Source: a virus
Lineage: Duplodnaviria; Caudoviricetes
DNA length: 24,638 nucleotides
Strand: one strand, 5' to 3'
IMG/VR virus record: IMGVR_UViG_3300038559_000077
Span: 1 to 24,638 of that record
Part shown: positions 24,085 through 24,638 of the stretch, piece after piece
Numbering within the stretch: the first letter of the stretch is position 1
Layout of the letters: each line of letters begins with the position of its first letter
Notes under the pieces: model-generated
Seen by the model: the letters and a program-made list of their open reading frames with translations, nothing else
Databases searched by the model: none
Told to the model about the DNA's origin: nothing
Made by a program: the position numbers and the translations under genes

Positions 24085-24557
24085 TGCGCCCGGGCCCATT
24101 CCCGGCCGGTCCAGCGGTGACCGCAGGCGACGGAACCGCCGGCCTCGACGTGGCCGTAGTCGTCCGGCCGGCACCAGTCGCCGCCGGAGAACAGGTCGTG
24201 GGCGCGCGCGATCGCGCTCATCTCCGCCTTGTCGGGGAGGCGGCAGTCCGGCTGCTTGCGGCCGCCCCAGACCTGGCCACGGGCGACGACGCCCCGGGAG
24301 AGCTGGCAGACGTCGAGCGCCATCCCGCAGGGGTGCTTGTTCGCCTGACCGCAGACGCCGGAGCGGTAGCCGCCCATGAACTTGACGACGGCCCCGTGGG
24401 CTTCGAGGTCGTTGACGAAGGCTTGGAACCGCGCGGCGTAGCGCGGGGAGACCGATGCCCGGCCTCCGGCCTTCGAGGTGATCGTGGCGGCTTGTGCGGA
24501 TGCCGTGAGGACGGCAGCGCAAAGCCCGGCCGTTGCCAGCCGCGCGAGCAAGATCAT
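24081..24557 (-). CDS. Secreted M15-like Zn peptidase (D-Ala-D-Ala or L-Ala-D-Glu type)
   Basis: Signal peptide ending ASAQA; GGYR, KHPCGMALD, GGDW..PDDYGHVE. Confidence 0.82.
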   Translation of the reverse strand: MILLARLATAGLCAAVLTASAQAATITSKAGGRASVSPRYAARFQAFVNDLEAHGAVVKFMGGYRSGVCGQANKHPCGMALDVCQLSRGVVARGQVWGGRKQPDCRLPDKAEMSAIARAHDLFSGGDWCRPDDYGHVEAGGSVACGHRWTGREWARAQ

Positions 24558-24638
24558 GTTTTCAGGACAGCGTTCGCGTCACTCGGCGCCGAAGAGGCGC
24601 GGCCGCGAGGAAAGGGCAAGCCATTTCATGGTGTTGGT

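Larger units (their letters stand above)
1..24638. mobile_element. Phage/prophage early region (replication, recombination, DNA modification, accessory genes, cell-wall hydrolases)
   Basis: Dense co-oriented ORFs with ATGA/GTGA overlaps; ERF+YqaJ, RusA, DUF1376-like initiator, phage Dam, Cro-like HTH; no host housekeeping genes. Confidence 0.93.

Noticed and set aside
22636-24522. Long alternative-frame ORFs (22636-23817 +, 23075-24016 -, extended 23878-24522 -; also 998-1765 + and 5022-5801 -)
   Set aside because: Arg/Pro/Gly-rich or antisense shadows of better-supported genes in GC-rich DNA

Overview
The whole window reads as the early/replication-recombination half of a tailed-phage or prophage genome, probably of an alphaproteobacterial (Rhizobiales-like) host, judged from gene-family style and high GC. 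No capsid, tail, terminase or integrase gene is visible. Layout: (1) 1-4891, a minus-strand array of tiny, AT-richer accessory genes behind its own sigma70-like promoter; (2) 5097-5908, two plus-strand genes; (3) 5993-10858, a minus-strand replication operon (Cro-like HTH, GapR-like protein, RusA, ParB fragment, MT-A70 methylase, DUF1376/YdaU-like initiator with 11-bp iterons, loader-like protein, phage Dam methylase); (4) back-to-back promoters at 10901-11012 with no cI gene between them; (5) 11045-22600, a plus-strand operon (HNH, HIRAN, ERF, YqaJ exonuclease, ASCH, Zn-ribbon, DUF1367-like, deleted HerA/DUF87 ATPase, DUF968-like, Mom-like, C5-MTase-like); (6) 22727-24557, convergent secreted cell-wall hydrolases. 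Most notable: one AAGAAAAWTYTCA operator-like motif in the spacer of three promoters with no cI; four DNA-modification genes, two with altered catalytic motifs; and several apparently spliced gene chimeras plus shared boundary sequences in the accessory array. All family assignments come from motif recognition by eye, not database searches.
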